In this document: piece by piece, positions 32,255 through 42,719 of the stretch
Layout of the letters: each line of letters opens with the position of its first letter
Numbering within the stretch: position 1 is the stretch's first letter
Origin: Candidatus Oxydemutatoraceae bacterium
Lineage (GTDB): Bacteria; Pseudomonadota; Gammaproteobacteria; Poriferisulfidales; Oxydemutatoraceae
Reading direction: 5' to 3'
NCBI GenBank assembly: GCA_965220085.1
Contig: CBDCOZ010000001.1
Coordinates: 151,992-215,991 of the forward strand
Length of the DNA stretch: 64,000 nt
Program-made: the position numbers and the translations under genes
The notes under the pieces: model-generated
What the model was told of the DNA's origin: nothing
Seen by the model: the letters and a program-made list of their open reading frames with translations, nothing else
Database searches by the model: none

Positions 32255-32268
32255 ACCGGTCTGACGGC

Positions 32269-33375
32269 ATGACTGATCGCATCGCATTCATCGGCATCGG
32301 CAACATCGCCCAGCGCATCATCGCCGGTTTGATAAAGAGCGGTGTTGAACCGCAGCGCATCGTCGTCGCCGAGCATAACCGGCGGCGGCTGCAAGCGTTT
32401 TGTGCCGCTTACCCGGGCTTGATATTAGCGGCTTCAAATCGCGAGGCGGTCGCCGACGCGGCAACGACCGTCGCCTGTGTCAAACCGAATGACATGCGTT
32501 CTGTTTGTGCGGAGATCGCTCCGGCTCTCAACGGCCTGTTCATGTCGACAGCGGCGGGCGTTCCAATCGCGCGCCTGTCCGAGTGGACGCAAGGCTGTCG
32601 GAGCATCGCGCGCTGCATGCCGAACACACCGGTATCGCTGTTACAAGGCGCGGTCGGTTTGTACGCGGCGGCGGAAGTGTCCGCCGACAGCCGCCGGGAT
32701 GCGCAGAGCCTGTTTGCCAGAGTCGCGGCGGTTTTCTGGCTTGACAAAGAGAGCGATATGAATGCCATGACGGCTTTGTGCGGCAGCGGGCCGGGATATT
32801 TTCTGGCGCTGGCCGAACAGCTTGCGGCAATCGCCCGCGATTGCGGTTTTGCGGATACGCAACGGTTCGCAGCGGAGGTGTTGTCTCACGGCGCGCAAGT
32901 CATCGCGCGGTTCGGCGCCGAGGATACCGATGCATTGATCGCACATTGCGCAGAATATCCCGAGCAATGCGGCTTGGCGAACAGCGAGGATGAGCGGATG
33001 TTCTATGCGATGTGCCTGAGTTGTGTGGCGGCGTTTGTGACCGGACTGAAAAAAGCGGCGGCGCAATCGGGGTTTGCCCCGTCGACCGCGACCGCGATGG
33101 TTCATGCGACCTTATCCGGCAGCGCGGCGCTGGCGGCAGACGAAGGCGATGCAAAGCGGTTGTATGCGCAGGTCGCCTCCAAAGGCGGCACGACTGCGGA
33201 GGGAATCAAAGTGTTGAAGGAAGCAAATCTAAAACAGTTGCTGGCAGCGGATGCGCGGGGTGGCCGCGCCGCCTTCGGCGCGCAACAGTATCGCGACGCG
33301 CAAGCGCTCGCGCAACGCATGTTTCATGCGGCGCAACAACGCGCCGCCGCGATGGAGGCGGAGGTCTCCGCTTAG
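32269..33375 (+). CDS. proC: Pyrroline-5-carboxylate reductase, extended form
   Basis: FIGIGNIA, RCMPNTP, GSGPGY, VASKGGTT. Adjacent to yggT. Confidence 0.85.
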   Translation: MTDRIAFIGIGNIAQRIIAGLIKSGVEPQRIVVAEHNRRRLQAFCAAYPGLILAASNREAVADAATTVACVKPNDMRSVCAEIAPALNGLFMSTAAGVPIARLSEWTQGCRSIARCMPNTPVSLLQGAVGLYAAAEVSADSRRDAQSLFARVAAVFWLDKESDMNAMTALCGSGPGYFLALAEQLAAIARDCGFADTQRFAAEVLSHGAQVIARFGAEDTDALIAHCAEYPEQCGLANSEDERMFYAMCLSCVAAFVTGLKKAAAQSGFAPSTATAMVHATLSGSAALAADEGDAKRLYAQVASKGGTTAEGIKVLKEANLKQLLAADARGGRAAFGAQQYRDAQALAQRMFHAAQQRAAAMEAEVSA

Positions 33376-33380
33376 GTCGG

Positions 33381-33965
33381 ATGGGCGTTTCCGTGTCTGA
33401 CAACCCGCTGCTGTTTCTGGTTGATAACCTGTTCACGTTTTATATCATCGCGCTGATTCTGCGCGGCATCCTGTCGCTGGCGTCGGCCGATTTTTATAAC
33501 CCGGTTTCCCAGTTCGTATTTAAGCTGACCGAACCGCCGCTTTCCATCCTGAGAAAATTTATCCCGGTCGCGGGGCGTTGGGATATGTCGTGTTGGGTTT
33601 TTGCGTGGTTGCTCGGTGTCGCCGAGACATGGCTTATCTCTGTGATTCTGGGGTATGCGTTTTCCCCGCCGCAAGCGGCTTTCGCCGCCGTCGTCACGCT
33701 CAGCCTGCTGGTGATACGGATCTATATCTTTGCCATCTTTGCGCTGGCTATCAGCAGTTGGTTTGTCAGCGGGAGGCAAGCGCTGTCCCACCCGGCAATC
33801 TCTTTGCTCTTCGCTGTGACAGAACCGGCGCTCGCCCCTTTCAGGCGCATCATGCCGAGCCTTGGCGTGATCGACATCAGCCCTCTGGCGGCCATTTTCG
33901 CGCTGTACTTTCTGATGAGCGTGATACGCCACATTGCGGCGTGGGTCGCGGTCGTCGTCTTTTAG
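33381..33965 (+). CDS. yggT: YggT-family membrane protein
   Basis: [15 protein letters not shown] and [13 protein letters not shown]...DISP repeats. Confidence 0.9.
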   Translation: MGVSVSDNPLLFLVDNLFTFYIIALILRGILSLASADFYNPVSQFVFKLTEPPLSILRKFIPVAGRWDMSCWVFAWLLGVAETWLISVILGYAFSPPQAAFAAVVTLSLLVIRIYIFAIFALAISSWFVSGRQALSHPAISLLFAVTEPALAPFRRIMPSLGVIDISPLAAIFALYFLMSVIRHIAAWVAVVVF

Positions 33966-33990
33966 CGACTTAGCGACCGGTAACGAACGA

Positions 33991-35034
33991 ATGTTAGCGC
34001 TCGGTTTGGAAACATCGTGCGACGAGACCGGAATCGGTCTGGTCGATTCCGAGCGCGGCGTTGTCGCCGGCGAAATATTCAGCCAAGCGGAACTGCACCG
34101 CCCGCACGGCGGTGTCGTTCCGGAACTCGCTTCGCGCGACCACCTAAAAAAGCTGCTGCCGCTCGTGCGCAAAGCGCTGCGACCGTACGACCTCAAGGCG
34201 ATAGATGCGGTGGCGTATGCCAAAGGCCCCGGTTTGATCGGGGCGTTGCTGACCGGGGCGACATTTGCGCACAGTCTGGCGTGGGCGCTTGCCAGACCGG
34301 CCATCGGCGTACATCATATGGAAGCGCATCTGCTGGTGTGCGAGTTAGGCGCTGCGGCTTTCAAGCCGCCGTATCTGGCCTTGCTGGTTTCCGGCGGGCA
34401 TACCCAATTGGTTGAGGTGCGGGGCTTGGGGAACTATCGACTGCTCGGCGAGACGCTCGATGATGCCGTCGGCGAGGCCTTTGACAAGGTGGCGCGGATG
34501 CTCGGCCTGACCTACCCGGGCGGGCCGGCGATCCAACAACTCGCGCAAAACGGCCGCGAAGGCCGGTTTGAATTCTCCCGCCCGATGAGCGATCGCCGCG
34601 ACTTAAACTTCAGTTTCAGCGGGCTGAAGACACAGGTCTTGCGGGCGGTCCAACGGCAGGGCGACAGCGAGCAAGAGCGCGCCGATATCGCGCTCGCGTT
34701 TGAGACGGCGGCGGTGGATGCGCTGATGATCAAATGCCGTCAGGCGCTGGCGTTGCGCAAAACAAAGAAACTGGTGATTGCCGGCGGCGTTGCGGCGAAT
34801 CTTCGTTTGCGCAAAAGCATTGAAAGCCTGCGCGCGGATGGAACGGAGGTTTTCTGCCCGCCGCAAGATTTGTGCACGGATAACGGCGTTATGATTGCCC
34901 ACGCCGGCTTGCTCCGCCTGCAAGCCGGACAAGCTCCCGATCGCTTCGCGCGCGCGCATCCGCGATGGGGCCTCAACGAGCTCGCCGATCTCGGCGCTGT
35001 GGCAACCCGCGCGGCGGGGTCAGAACAGACGTGA
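33991..35034 (+). CDS. tsaD: tRNA N6-threonylcarbamoyltransferase
   Basis: [36 protein letters not shown]. Confidence 0.97.
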   Translation: MLALGLETSCDETGIGLVDSERGVVAGEIFSQAELHRPHGGVVPELASRDHLKKLLPLVRKALRPYDLKAIDAVAYAKGPGLIGALLTGATFAHSLAWALARPAIGVHHMEAHLLVCELGAAAFKPPYLALLVSGGHTQLVEVRGLGNYRLLGETLDDAVGEAFDKVARMLGLTYPGGPAIQQLAQNGREGRFEFSRPMSDRRDLNFSFSGLKTQVLRAVQRQGDSEQERADIALAFETAAVDALMIKCRQALALRKTKKLVIAGGVAANLRLRKSIESLRADGTEVFCPPQDLCTDNGVMIAHAGLLRLQAGQAPDRFARAHPRWGLNELADLGAVATRAAGSEQT

Positions 35035-35607
35035 TTCGGCGCCGTTGCGGATTCTGTCGATATTGCCGCGGTGGCGCACCACGACCCATATCGCGATGAC
35101 AACGCTTGCCAATACGATCGCGCCTGCCTGCCCGAGAAAGAACAGGGTGACCGGCGCCGATGCGCAAGCGACGATTCCGCCAAGCGAAGAGAAACGCGAT
35201 AGCGCCGCGACAATCAACCAGATTACAATCCAGCATAATCCCGTCAGCGGCGAGATTGCGAGCAGCGTCCCCAGGCAACTTGCGACCCCTTTGCCGCCTT
35301 TGAAGCGATGAAAGACCGGATACAGGTGTCCGATGACCGAGGCGACCGCCATAACGGCGAGCGTGGTATCGCCCAAGCCGAGCGCGCCGGCCGCGAATAT
35401 CGGCAGATACGATTTTGCGATGTCACAGAGCAATACGACAGCGGCGAGTTTCTTGCCGCCGACGGTGATCATATTGGTCGCGCCCGGATTGCCCGAGCCG
35501 CCCTCGCGCGGGTCTGTTGTTCCGGCCAGATGGGTGACGATGATCGCAAAGGAAACAGACCCCGCAAAATAGGCGAGAGCGATGGCAATGATGTCTGTGG
35601 CGGGCAT
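35020..35607 (-). CDS. plsY: Glycerol-3-phosphate acyltransferase
   Basis: [28 protein letters not shown]. Confidence 0.96.
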   Translation of the reverse strand: MPATDIIAIALAYFAGSVSFAIIVTHLAGTTDPREGGSGNPGATNMITVGGKKLAAVVLLCDIAKSYLPIFAAGALGLGDTTLAVMAVASVIGHLYPVFHRFKGGKGVASCLGTLLAISPLTGLCWIVIWLIVAALSRFSSLGGIVACASAPVTLFFLGQAGAIVLASVVIAIWVVVRHRGNIDRIRNGAESRLF

Positions 35608-35816
35608 TTTTCGGCGGATATGTTATGCGATACGATACGGTGAAAGACAGCGCTTTGTCATTATACTAAACACCGCCGTCTTATCCTGTTGCACGGTTGG
35701 GTGGCGACGACATGTTGGGATGAGATGAAACCATGCCTCAAAGGATGTTCTATTGCCACGCCGCAGTTACCCGGGCACGGCGACAGCCGCGATGCGGCGC
35801 AGGCGGGTATTACGTT
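35600..35816 (+). pseudogene. Duplicated plsY/bioH intergenic region and bioH 5' fragment (direct repeat of 37155-37374)
   Basis: About 217 bp, near-identical. Start GTG changed to GCG, and the fragment ends after ...GITL. Confidence 0.85.
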
Positions 35817-35921
35817 GCCCTATGTCCGATATGCCTTGGCATCATGCGAATATTTCGATTATTTCCGGCAGCGGTGTATAATTCCGCCGATTATTAACTC
35901 TTTTAGAAATTATAAAGATTC

Positions 35922-36371
35922 ATGACTACTCGCGGGACAGAAGGCTCTTTGGTCGCTCGCCTAACAAGGCAGAGGTTCAGAGCGCAAATCAATTCATAAA
36001 TGCTATCGGGCCTGAGTCCAAAGAGGGCAAGCCCGCAAAGGTGTCGCTTGCCCTTGAAGCCGGCAAAGCTAATGTGACACTTGAGCCTGCTGTGGCAACA
36101 GCGCTTCTTGAAGTTTTGCAGCGGTTATGATTTTTATATGACTCCGGTTGATGCGGAGTTAACAACCCAACAAGCCGCCGACCATCTGAATGTGTCCCGC
36201 CCCTTTCTTGTGCGACTCCTTGAGAAGGGGGATATTCCTTTTGCCAAGGCAGGTCGTCACCGCCGTATCCGTGCTCATGACCTCTTCGCCTACAAAAAGA
36301 AACGGGATGCGAGGCGGTCCAGGGCCTTGAGCGCCCTTGCCAAAGCGGATGCCGAAGCCGGCCTTGTATGA
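35922..36371 (+). pseudogene. Excisionase-family HTH (antitoxin-like), frameshifted
   Basis: [23 protein letters not shown]...GRHRRI lies in a different frame from the upstream part (...[18 protein letters not shown]). Confidence 0.7.
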
Positions 36372-36949
36372 GCCGGCATTCGGGACGGCCCATAGCCGCC
36401 CTCGATGCATGTGTTCTTGGCGGCGCGCTCCGGCGCAACATATTGCTCAGTCTTGCCGAAGCCGATTTGTTCCGCCCTAAATGGAGCGCCCGCATCTTAG
36501 AGGAAACACAAAAAGCAATTTCAAAGATGACGAAAAGCAAGACCGACGGTTCTCGGCAACGAGAAAAGATTGAGGATGCGTTTCCGGAAGCATTAGTGAC
36601 CGAATACGAAAGCCTTGAGAAGGATTTGAATCTGCCGGATGCCGATGACAGACATGTATTGGCGGCTGCCATAAAGGCATCGGCTTCTGTCATTGTGACA
36701 GACAACCTTGTTCATTTTCCTGTCAAAGCTCTCCGGCCATATGCGCTCAAAGCAATGTCGGCAAATGATTTCATTATTGAAATGGTCGAATTTGATTTGC
36801 CCAGAGATCTTCTTGCGCTAGAACGCATGCGACGGCGCTTTAAAAAGCCCATGATGAGCAAAGCAGATCTTATTCATAAGACTAAGGCGCAAGGGTTGCC
36901 CGGAGTTGCGGCCATCCTGAGCGAGTACCGCCAATCTTTGCAGAGGTAA
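36368..36949 (+). CDS. PIN-domain protein (VapC-like)
   Basis: [32 protein letters not shown]. Confidence 0.88.
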   Translation: MSRHSGRPIAALDACVLGGALRRNILLSLAEADLFRPKWSARILEETQKAISKMTKSKTDGSRQREKIEDAFPEALVTEYESLEKDLNLPDADDRHVLAAAIKASASVIVTDNLVHFPVKALRPYALKAMSANDFIIEMVEFDLPRDLLALERMRRRFKKPMMSKADLIHKTKAQGLPGVAAILSEYRQSLQR

Positions 36950-37204
36950 TCCGGTCACAACCGAATCCGCTTGTGCCAACCCTTGCGCAGGAGCGCAATA
37001 TCAACCGGATGTTTGCCCGATGCGCGGATAGGGCATAATCTGACGATGGATTGGGAGACAGACAAGCCGATACGAGGGGCCGCACCGCGCCGGCTTGCGG
37101 GCGCGCGGCGAGTCAGCCCTCGTGCCGAGGCGCGCAAGCATGAGGCGAAGCGTAGCGGGCATTTTCCGGCGGATATGTTATGCGATACTATGCGGTGAAA
37201 GACA

Positions 37205-37966
37205 GTGCTTTGTCATTATACTAAACACCGCCGTCTTATCCTGTTGCACGGTTGGATGGCGGCGACGACATGTTGGGATGAGATGAAACCATACCTCAAA
37301 GGATGTTCTATTGCCACGCCGCAGTTGCCCGGGCACGGCGACAGCCGCGATGCGGCGCAGGCGGGTATTACGTTCGCCGATCTCCGGCAGTTGGCGGCGG
37401 CGCTCGCCGCTGCGGCGCCCGATGATTCCATTTGGGTCGGGTGGTCGCTCGGGGGGTTGGTCGCGCAGATGATAGCCGTCTGGCACCCCGAGAAAGTTCG
37501 GCATTTGATTTGCGTCTGTTCAAGCCCCAGGTTTATTGCCGCAGATGATTGGCGCGATGGAATGCCGCCCGCCCGCTTTGACCGCTTTGCTTGCAAACTG
37601 GAGACCGATCATCGCGCCTGTGAGCGCGAATTTATTGCGTTGCAGACGATGGGAGACAGCAACGAAGGCGCGCTTAGAAAGCGGTTGCGCGGCTGCCTCG
37701 CCCGCCCTTGTGACGCCGGCGAACTGAAAGCCGGCTTGGATGTGTTGGCGCAAACGGATATGCGCGAAGCCATCGCCGGCTGTCAATGTCCGGTTTCGTT
37801 TGTCGCCGGCGAACACGATCGCCTGACCAGCGCAAAGAGCCTCAAGGCGGCGAGCCGGTTGCCGCCCGACGGGCGCTATCATTGCATCCCGGCAACGGCA
37901 CACGCGCCGATGCTTTCGTCCCCCGCCGAATTTGCCCGCGCCTTGGAGCGGTGTCTGCATGTCTGA
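37205..37966 (+). CDS. bioH: Pimeloyl-ACP methyl ester esterase
   Basis: LLHGW, LPGHG, GWSLGG, HAP. Upstream of bioC. Confidence 0.85.
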   Translation: MLCHYTKHRRLILLHGWMAATTCWDEMKPYLKGCSIATPQLPGHGDSRDAAQAGITFADLRQLAAALAAAAPDDSIWVGWSLGGLVAQMIAVWHPEKVRHLICVCSSPRFIAADDWRDGMPPARFDRFACKLETDHRACEREFIALQTMGDSNEGALRKRLRGCLARPCDAGELKAGLDVLAQTDMREAIAGCQCPVSFVAGEHDRLTSAKSLKAASRLPPDGRYHCIPATAHAPMLSSPAEFARALERCLHV

Positions 37967-38759
37967 GCCGATTGACAAGGCCGCCGTTCGAAGCTCCTTT
38001 GACAAGGTCGCTTTTGAATACGATGCGCACGCCGGCTTGCAACAGAAAACGGCTTGCGCGCTGCTGGCTTTGTGCGGACGACATGCCGATATGCCGCAGA
38101 CCGCATTGGATATCGGCACCGGCACCGGCTACGGCACGCGCCTTTTGTGCCGCCATTTTCCGCATGTGTATGCGGTCGGACTTGATTTTTCCGAGCGCAT
38201 GCTACAGCGCTCAATATTGTACGGGCAATGCCTCTCCCGCAGTCATTATGTCTGCGCCGACGCCAAGGATTTGCCGTTCGCACATGACACTTTTGATCTC
38301 ATCTGCTCCAGTTTGTTTGTTCAGTGGTACCCCGAAAAGGAGGAATTGTTCGCGCATTGCAAAGAAATATTGCGCGACAAAGGCTGGTTGTTCTTCTCGA
38401 CTTTCGGTCCGCAAACACTGTTTGAGTTGCGCGAAAGTTGGAAAGCGGTTGACACCGACCGGCACACGCTGGACTTTGAAAGCGCGGCGGATATCAGAGC
38501 GATGTTAGAGCGCGCCGGCTTTGCGGTTCGCTCATGCAAACGCAGCACGGAGGTGATACATCATCGCGGCGTCAAAGCGGCGTTGCGCAGCCTGAAAAAC
38601 ATCGGCGCGCAAAACCATATGGCAAATCGCCAAGCGGGACTGACGCCGCCCGCCAAGATGCAAGCGATGAGCGCCCACTATTTGTATCATTTCGGGGTTC
38701 AGGATTTAGTGCCGATGACATACGAAGCCTTATTGTTTGCCGCCTGCGCGGCAGACTGA
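37959..38759 (+). CDS. bioC: Malonyl-ACP O-methyltransferase
   Basis: YD.HAGLQ, LDIGTGTG, STFGPQTL.ELR.SW, LK.IGA. Confidence 0.9.
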   Translation: MSEPIDKAAVRSSFDKVAFEYDAHAGLQQKTACALLALCGRHADMPQTALDIGTGTGYGTRLLCRHFPHVYAVGLDFSERMLQRSILYGQCLSRSHYVCADAKDLPFAHDTFDLICSSLFVQWYPEKEELFAHCKEILRDKGWLFFSTFGPQTLFELRESWKAVDTDRHTLDFESAADIRAMLERAGFAVRSCKRSTEVIHHRGVKAALRSLKNIGAQNHMANRQAGLTPPAKMQAMSAHYLYHFGVQDLVPMTYEALLFAACAAD

Positions 38760-38854
38760 GCGCCGGCTGTTTTCTGAATAATGCGCGTATCCTGCGGCGG
38801 AGAAGGGGGTATTAGGGTGCGCACAAGGGGAGTGAGGCAGGCTACAAAAAGAAG

Positions 38855-39140
38855 CTTGCAAAGGACTGCGCTTTGTGGCAGAGTACGCTAAATGAGGGAA
38901 ACAATGGACAATTTAACTCTTGCAAATGACTTGTACTTTGTGATAGAGTACATTAAATGAGGGAAGCAATGAACAACTCAACTTTTGCAAATGACTCGCG
39001 CTTTGTGGCAGAGTACAGTACTAAGAGTGCTCGCACTCATTAGTACAATTTTATTTGCTAGACAAGCTATGAGGAGTAATACGATGAATCGACAAACTGC
39101 CAAAGATACTTGCAAAATGGTTCGCACTTATAGTAGAATA
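38855..39140 (+). repeat. Degenerate ~65-bp tandem promoter/RBS-like repeats
   Basis: (C/T)TTGCAAA..ACT...CTTTGTG..AGAGTAC units at 38855, 38919 and 38984, with a related unit at 39109. Confidence 0.7.
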
Positions 39141-39173
39141 AGTGCTGCCATAGACTGCTATAGGAGAAATATT

Positions 39174-42160
39174 ATGAATAAACAGACTTTTAACACTACC
39201 CCCCCCCCCCCCCCCCCCACTGGCGGGCAACGCTAACCCGGCTTAGCCTCTGGTCGCTGGTTCTGCCAGCCCTGTTTGCCATCTGCGCTCAGGCGCAGGC
39301 GGCCAAGCCGGACATCTTCGGTGCATTCGTAGACGTATACACCAACGCCAACGCCGACAGCCCCTACGCCTTCAAGAAGACCGACTTCCCGTTCCACGAT
39401 GGCGATGGCGACGAACTGCAAAGCATAACCATCCTCAGCATACCCCAACGCGGCACTTTGCGGGTGGGCGGATCCGCTGTCACTGTGCCCCGGGATGTGG
39501 CCGCCGCCGCCATCGGCGACATTACCTACTACCCGGAGCCGGGCCAGAGTCCGACCGCCAACTACGCCACCTTTCTCTTCACTGTCACGGCTGGCGGAGA
39601 AACCTCCCTACAGGCTGCAAGCAACACCATCCGGCTGGTGTTGCGGTCACAGTCCGCTGCCACCGGCTCGCCCGCCATCACCGCCCAGAGTCAGACCGCC
39701 CAGAGTACCTGGGATGAGGACATACTGCTGACAGCCGCTATGGACACTGTTGCCGATGCCAACGGCATAAGCGCCGGCACCATTGCTTGGCGGTGGGAAC
39801 AATCGCCCTTCCGGAATCGGCTCTACGCCGCCATCAGCGGCGCCACCGCCATCACTTTCACCCCTCGGCAGGCCCAGGTGGGCATGTATATCCGCGCCTG
39901 CATCAGCTTTATGGACATGCATATCCCTCCCAGGCTTGAGACCGTCTGCTCCGCCGGCACCCAAGTGATGAACATCAGCGATGCCCCCGTCGGGGCCGAC
40001 TCCGTTGTGAATGTGTCCGCCGAGGTCACCGCGGCCAACCCGTACGACTTTGCCCTCAGCGACTTTCCGATAGACGATGCGGACGGCGACACCCTCAACG
40101 GCATCCGCATCATATCTCTGCCGACTGCGGGCACTCTGGTGGCGGGTCAGATTATCGCCGCCATCGGTACCGAACTGACTCTGACCCAACTCAACGCTCT
40201 GGCCTATTACCCCGACAGCGGTTCCGCCGCCATGAATGGCCACGACAGCTTCGACTACCGGGTGATAGACACCGGCAGCGCCGGCGCCAACATCGCCACC
40301 GCCGAGGTCACCCTCACCATCAACCTGACCGTCAATAGAACACCGCAGGGCGCTATCGGCATGGTGTTGTCGGATGGGGGCGCCGACCTCATAACCACCG
40401 TGGCCCAGAGACAGACAGTCCGTGCCAGTGCGACCGGCCTGCGCGATGAGGATGGCCTGCCCGTAGCGGAACAACTTGACTTCAGTTGGCAACTCAGTAC
40501 CGCCGTCGGCCTGGGCTGGGAAGAGGTGGCCTGGGACACCGACAGATACACCCCGTTATCGCAAGACCATGTGGACAAGAATCTGCGCCTGTGCGTCTTT
40601 TACACCGATGGCCGGGGCACCGCCGAGGGCGGCGACCCCGCCACTGAGAACAGCCGCATACGCACCGCCAGCATCTGCTCCGCCCCCGTCAGAGTGACCG
40701 ATGTCAACGACCCGCCTGCACACGGACTGCGCCACACCAGCGCGGTGCCGGCATCCGCCACCGCCGACAATCCATACCGGTTTAAGGCATCAGACTTTTG
40801 GTTCATAGACCCCGATGGCGATATGCTGGCCGCTATTATCTTTGATACCCTGATACCGGGGGGCACCCTGACCCTGAATGGCAGACCCGTCTCTACTGGC
40901 ACCGGAAACTCCATAACTGTAACCGTGGCCCAGCTGACCGCCGGTGCTCTGGCCTGGTACCCGGAATCCGGTCAGCAACCCGCCAACCTCTATTCTACCT
41001 TTGTCTACACGGTGGTGGACGACAACGATGATGGCACCGGCAAAAACACCGCGTCGGGAGTTAATTTCATACTCATAGACCTGACATCGCCAGACCAGAT
41101 GGCGGCCACCGGCGCGCCCACAATATCACCGGACACCAGCGCCGCCGAGGGCACCCGGCTGACCGCCAGCTACCTCGGCATTGCCGATCTCAACAGCATA
41201 GACTGGAGAACCCTGAGGTGGCAGTGGCAGGTATCCGCTACCAGCACCGGCACCTTTGCCGCCATAGCCGGCGCTACCGCGCAAGAATTCGTCATTACGC
41301 AGGCCCATGTTGACCAATACATAAGAGTCTGCGTAACCTTTAGGGATCGCCACGCGACTCCGGCGGAGGAGGGCCCGTTCTGTTCCGCCGCAGTCCAAAC
41401 CACTAATGTCAACAATGCGCCGGTGGCGCAAGACGGCCACATCAATGTGCCCATGGGTGCGACGATGGCCAGCCCCTACGCTTTCAAGGCGAGCGACTTT
41501 CCGTTCGCCGACGAGGACGGCGATATGCTGGCCAGCGTCACTCTGGCATCGCTGCCGGCATCCGGCGCCCTGCGCAACGGCTCCGCCGCCGCCATGGTCG
41601 GCGACACCATAGTCGCCGCCGACATCGCAGACCTTACGTATTACCCCGCCGCCGGGCAGAGCGCCCGGAGCGGCTACGCCGAATTCACCTTCAATGTGAC
41701 CGACGATGGCAGCGATGGCACAGGCAACAAGGACAGCGCCCGCCCCGCCGCCATCACGATAAACCTAATCACCTCCGTCCCGACGGATGCTACCGGCGCA
41801 CCCACAGTGACCGCCGCTCTGGCCACCGACACTGCCTACCTGCAGGACGCACCGCTTGTCGCATCCGCAGATGGCATCACCGAACCCAACGGCATCCAGA
41901 GCGCCATCCGCTGGCAATGGCAATCTGCCCCGGCCCCGGCCAGCGGCCCCCCGGCCAGCGGCGCATACACCCCCCTCGCCGGCGCCACCGATGCTATTTT
42001 CACTCCCCGCCAGGCCCATGCGGGCATGTACATCCGCGCCTGCGCCAGCTTCACCGATAGCATAGGCACCAGCGAGGAACTGTGCTCCGCCGCCGCCCGT
42101 ATTGTGCCAACAGCCTTGCGCTTGCGGTTGCGTCTTTTTCTTGAAGGCCCGTTGCGGTAG
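39174..42160 (+). CDS. Exported cadherin/Ig-like repeat protein (4 A-B domain pairs) with C-terminal LRLRLRLFLEGPLR tag; frameshifted at a C20 tract
   Basis: AGGAG-ATG at 39174. The frame after the tract reads WRATLTRLSLWSLVLPALFAICAQAQA and continues into ORF 39458..42160. Confidence 0.85.
39199..39218 (+). repeat. Poly-C(20) tract in leader, candidate phase-variation switch
   Basis: C18 or C21 would restore the frame (~995 aa). Confidence 0.85.
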
Positions 42161-42305
42161 CGCGAGTGTCTAGTAGCGGAGCAGGGGAGTGTTGTGGGGT
42201 GTAAGAGGATGAGACAGGATACGAAGATACTTGCGGATGTCTTTGTGGCAGAAGCGCTCATTGCGCAACCGCATTCACGAAACACAAACCAGAAGGAGAA
42301 ATACG

Positions 42306-42440
42306 ATGAAGCGACAAATTTCTGATACCGCCCCCCAGTGCCGACGGGCAACGATGATGTGGCGCAGCCTCCGGACGCTCGCCCTGCCGGCCTTGTTTGC
42401 CCTGGTTGCCATCTGCACCCACGGCCCAGGCGCAAAACCT
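42306..42440 (+). pseudogene. Orphan leader/signal peptide of a further tag-family gene
   Basis: AGGAG-ATG, then MKRQISDTAPQCRRATMMWRSLRTLALPALFALVAIC, then AQAQN after a 1-nt shift. No passenger follows. Confidence 0.7.
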
Positions 42441-42644
42441 GCTCGCCTCCGTTGCCTTCTCGTCCGGCATTGCGTCCGAAATCACCGCCAGAAAATCCAA
42501 GTCGCTATGCTCCCTCATGTCCCCCCTTGCGCCCGAGCCGAACAGCACGACGCGCTCCGCCCGCGCCGCCTCGCCGATGCGCCGCGCGAAGTCCGGAACC
42601 TGCGCCGCCCAGGCGCCGCCGGGAGTTTTCGTTTCCGCCGTCAT
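42440..42644 (-). pseudogene. Minimal nucleotidyltransferase (MNT) domain, apparently 3'-truncated
   Basis: VVLFGSGARG....SDLDFL. The ORF runs on into the antisense of the orphan leader (to 42258). Confidence 0.7.
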
Positions 42645-42702
42645 GTCCGCATTGTATATTGATTCGGGCGGAAATCGGAAATTGTTTGACCCGGGGTTTC
42701 CG

Positions 42703-42719
42703 TGCTACAATTCCTCCGA
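42703..42719 (+). promoter_or_regulatory. Extended -10 promoter, probably giving a leaderless MTase mRNA
   Basis: TGcTACAAT (42703-11) ends 7 nt before ATG 42719. No SD sequence. Confidence 0.5.

Noticed and set aside
42338-42718. N-terminal extension of the methyltransferase ORF
   Set aside because: Overlaps the orphan leader and the antisense MNT gene; ATG 42719 has a promoter and starts the MTase fold.
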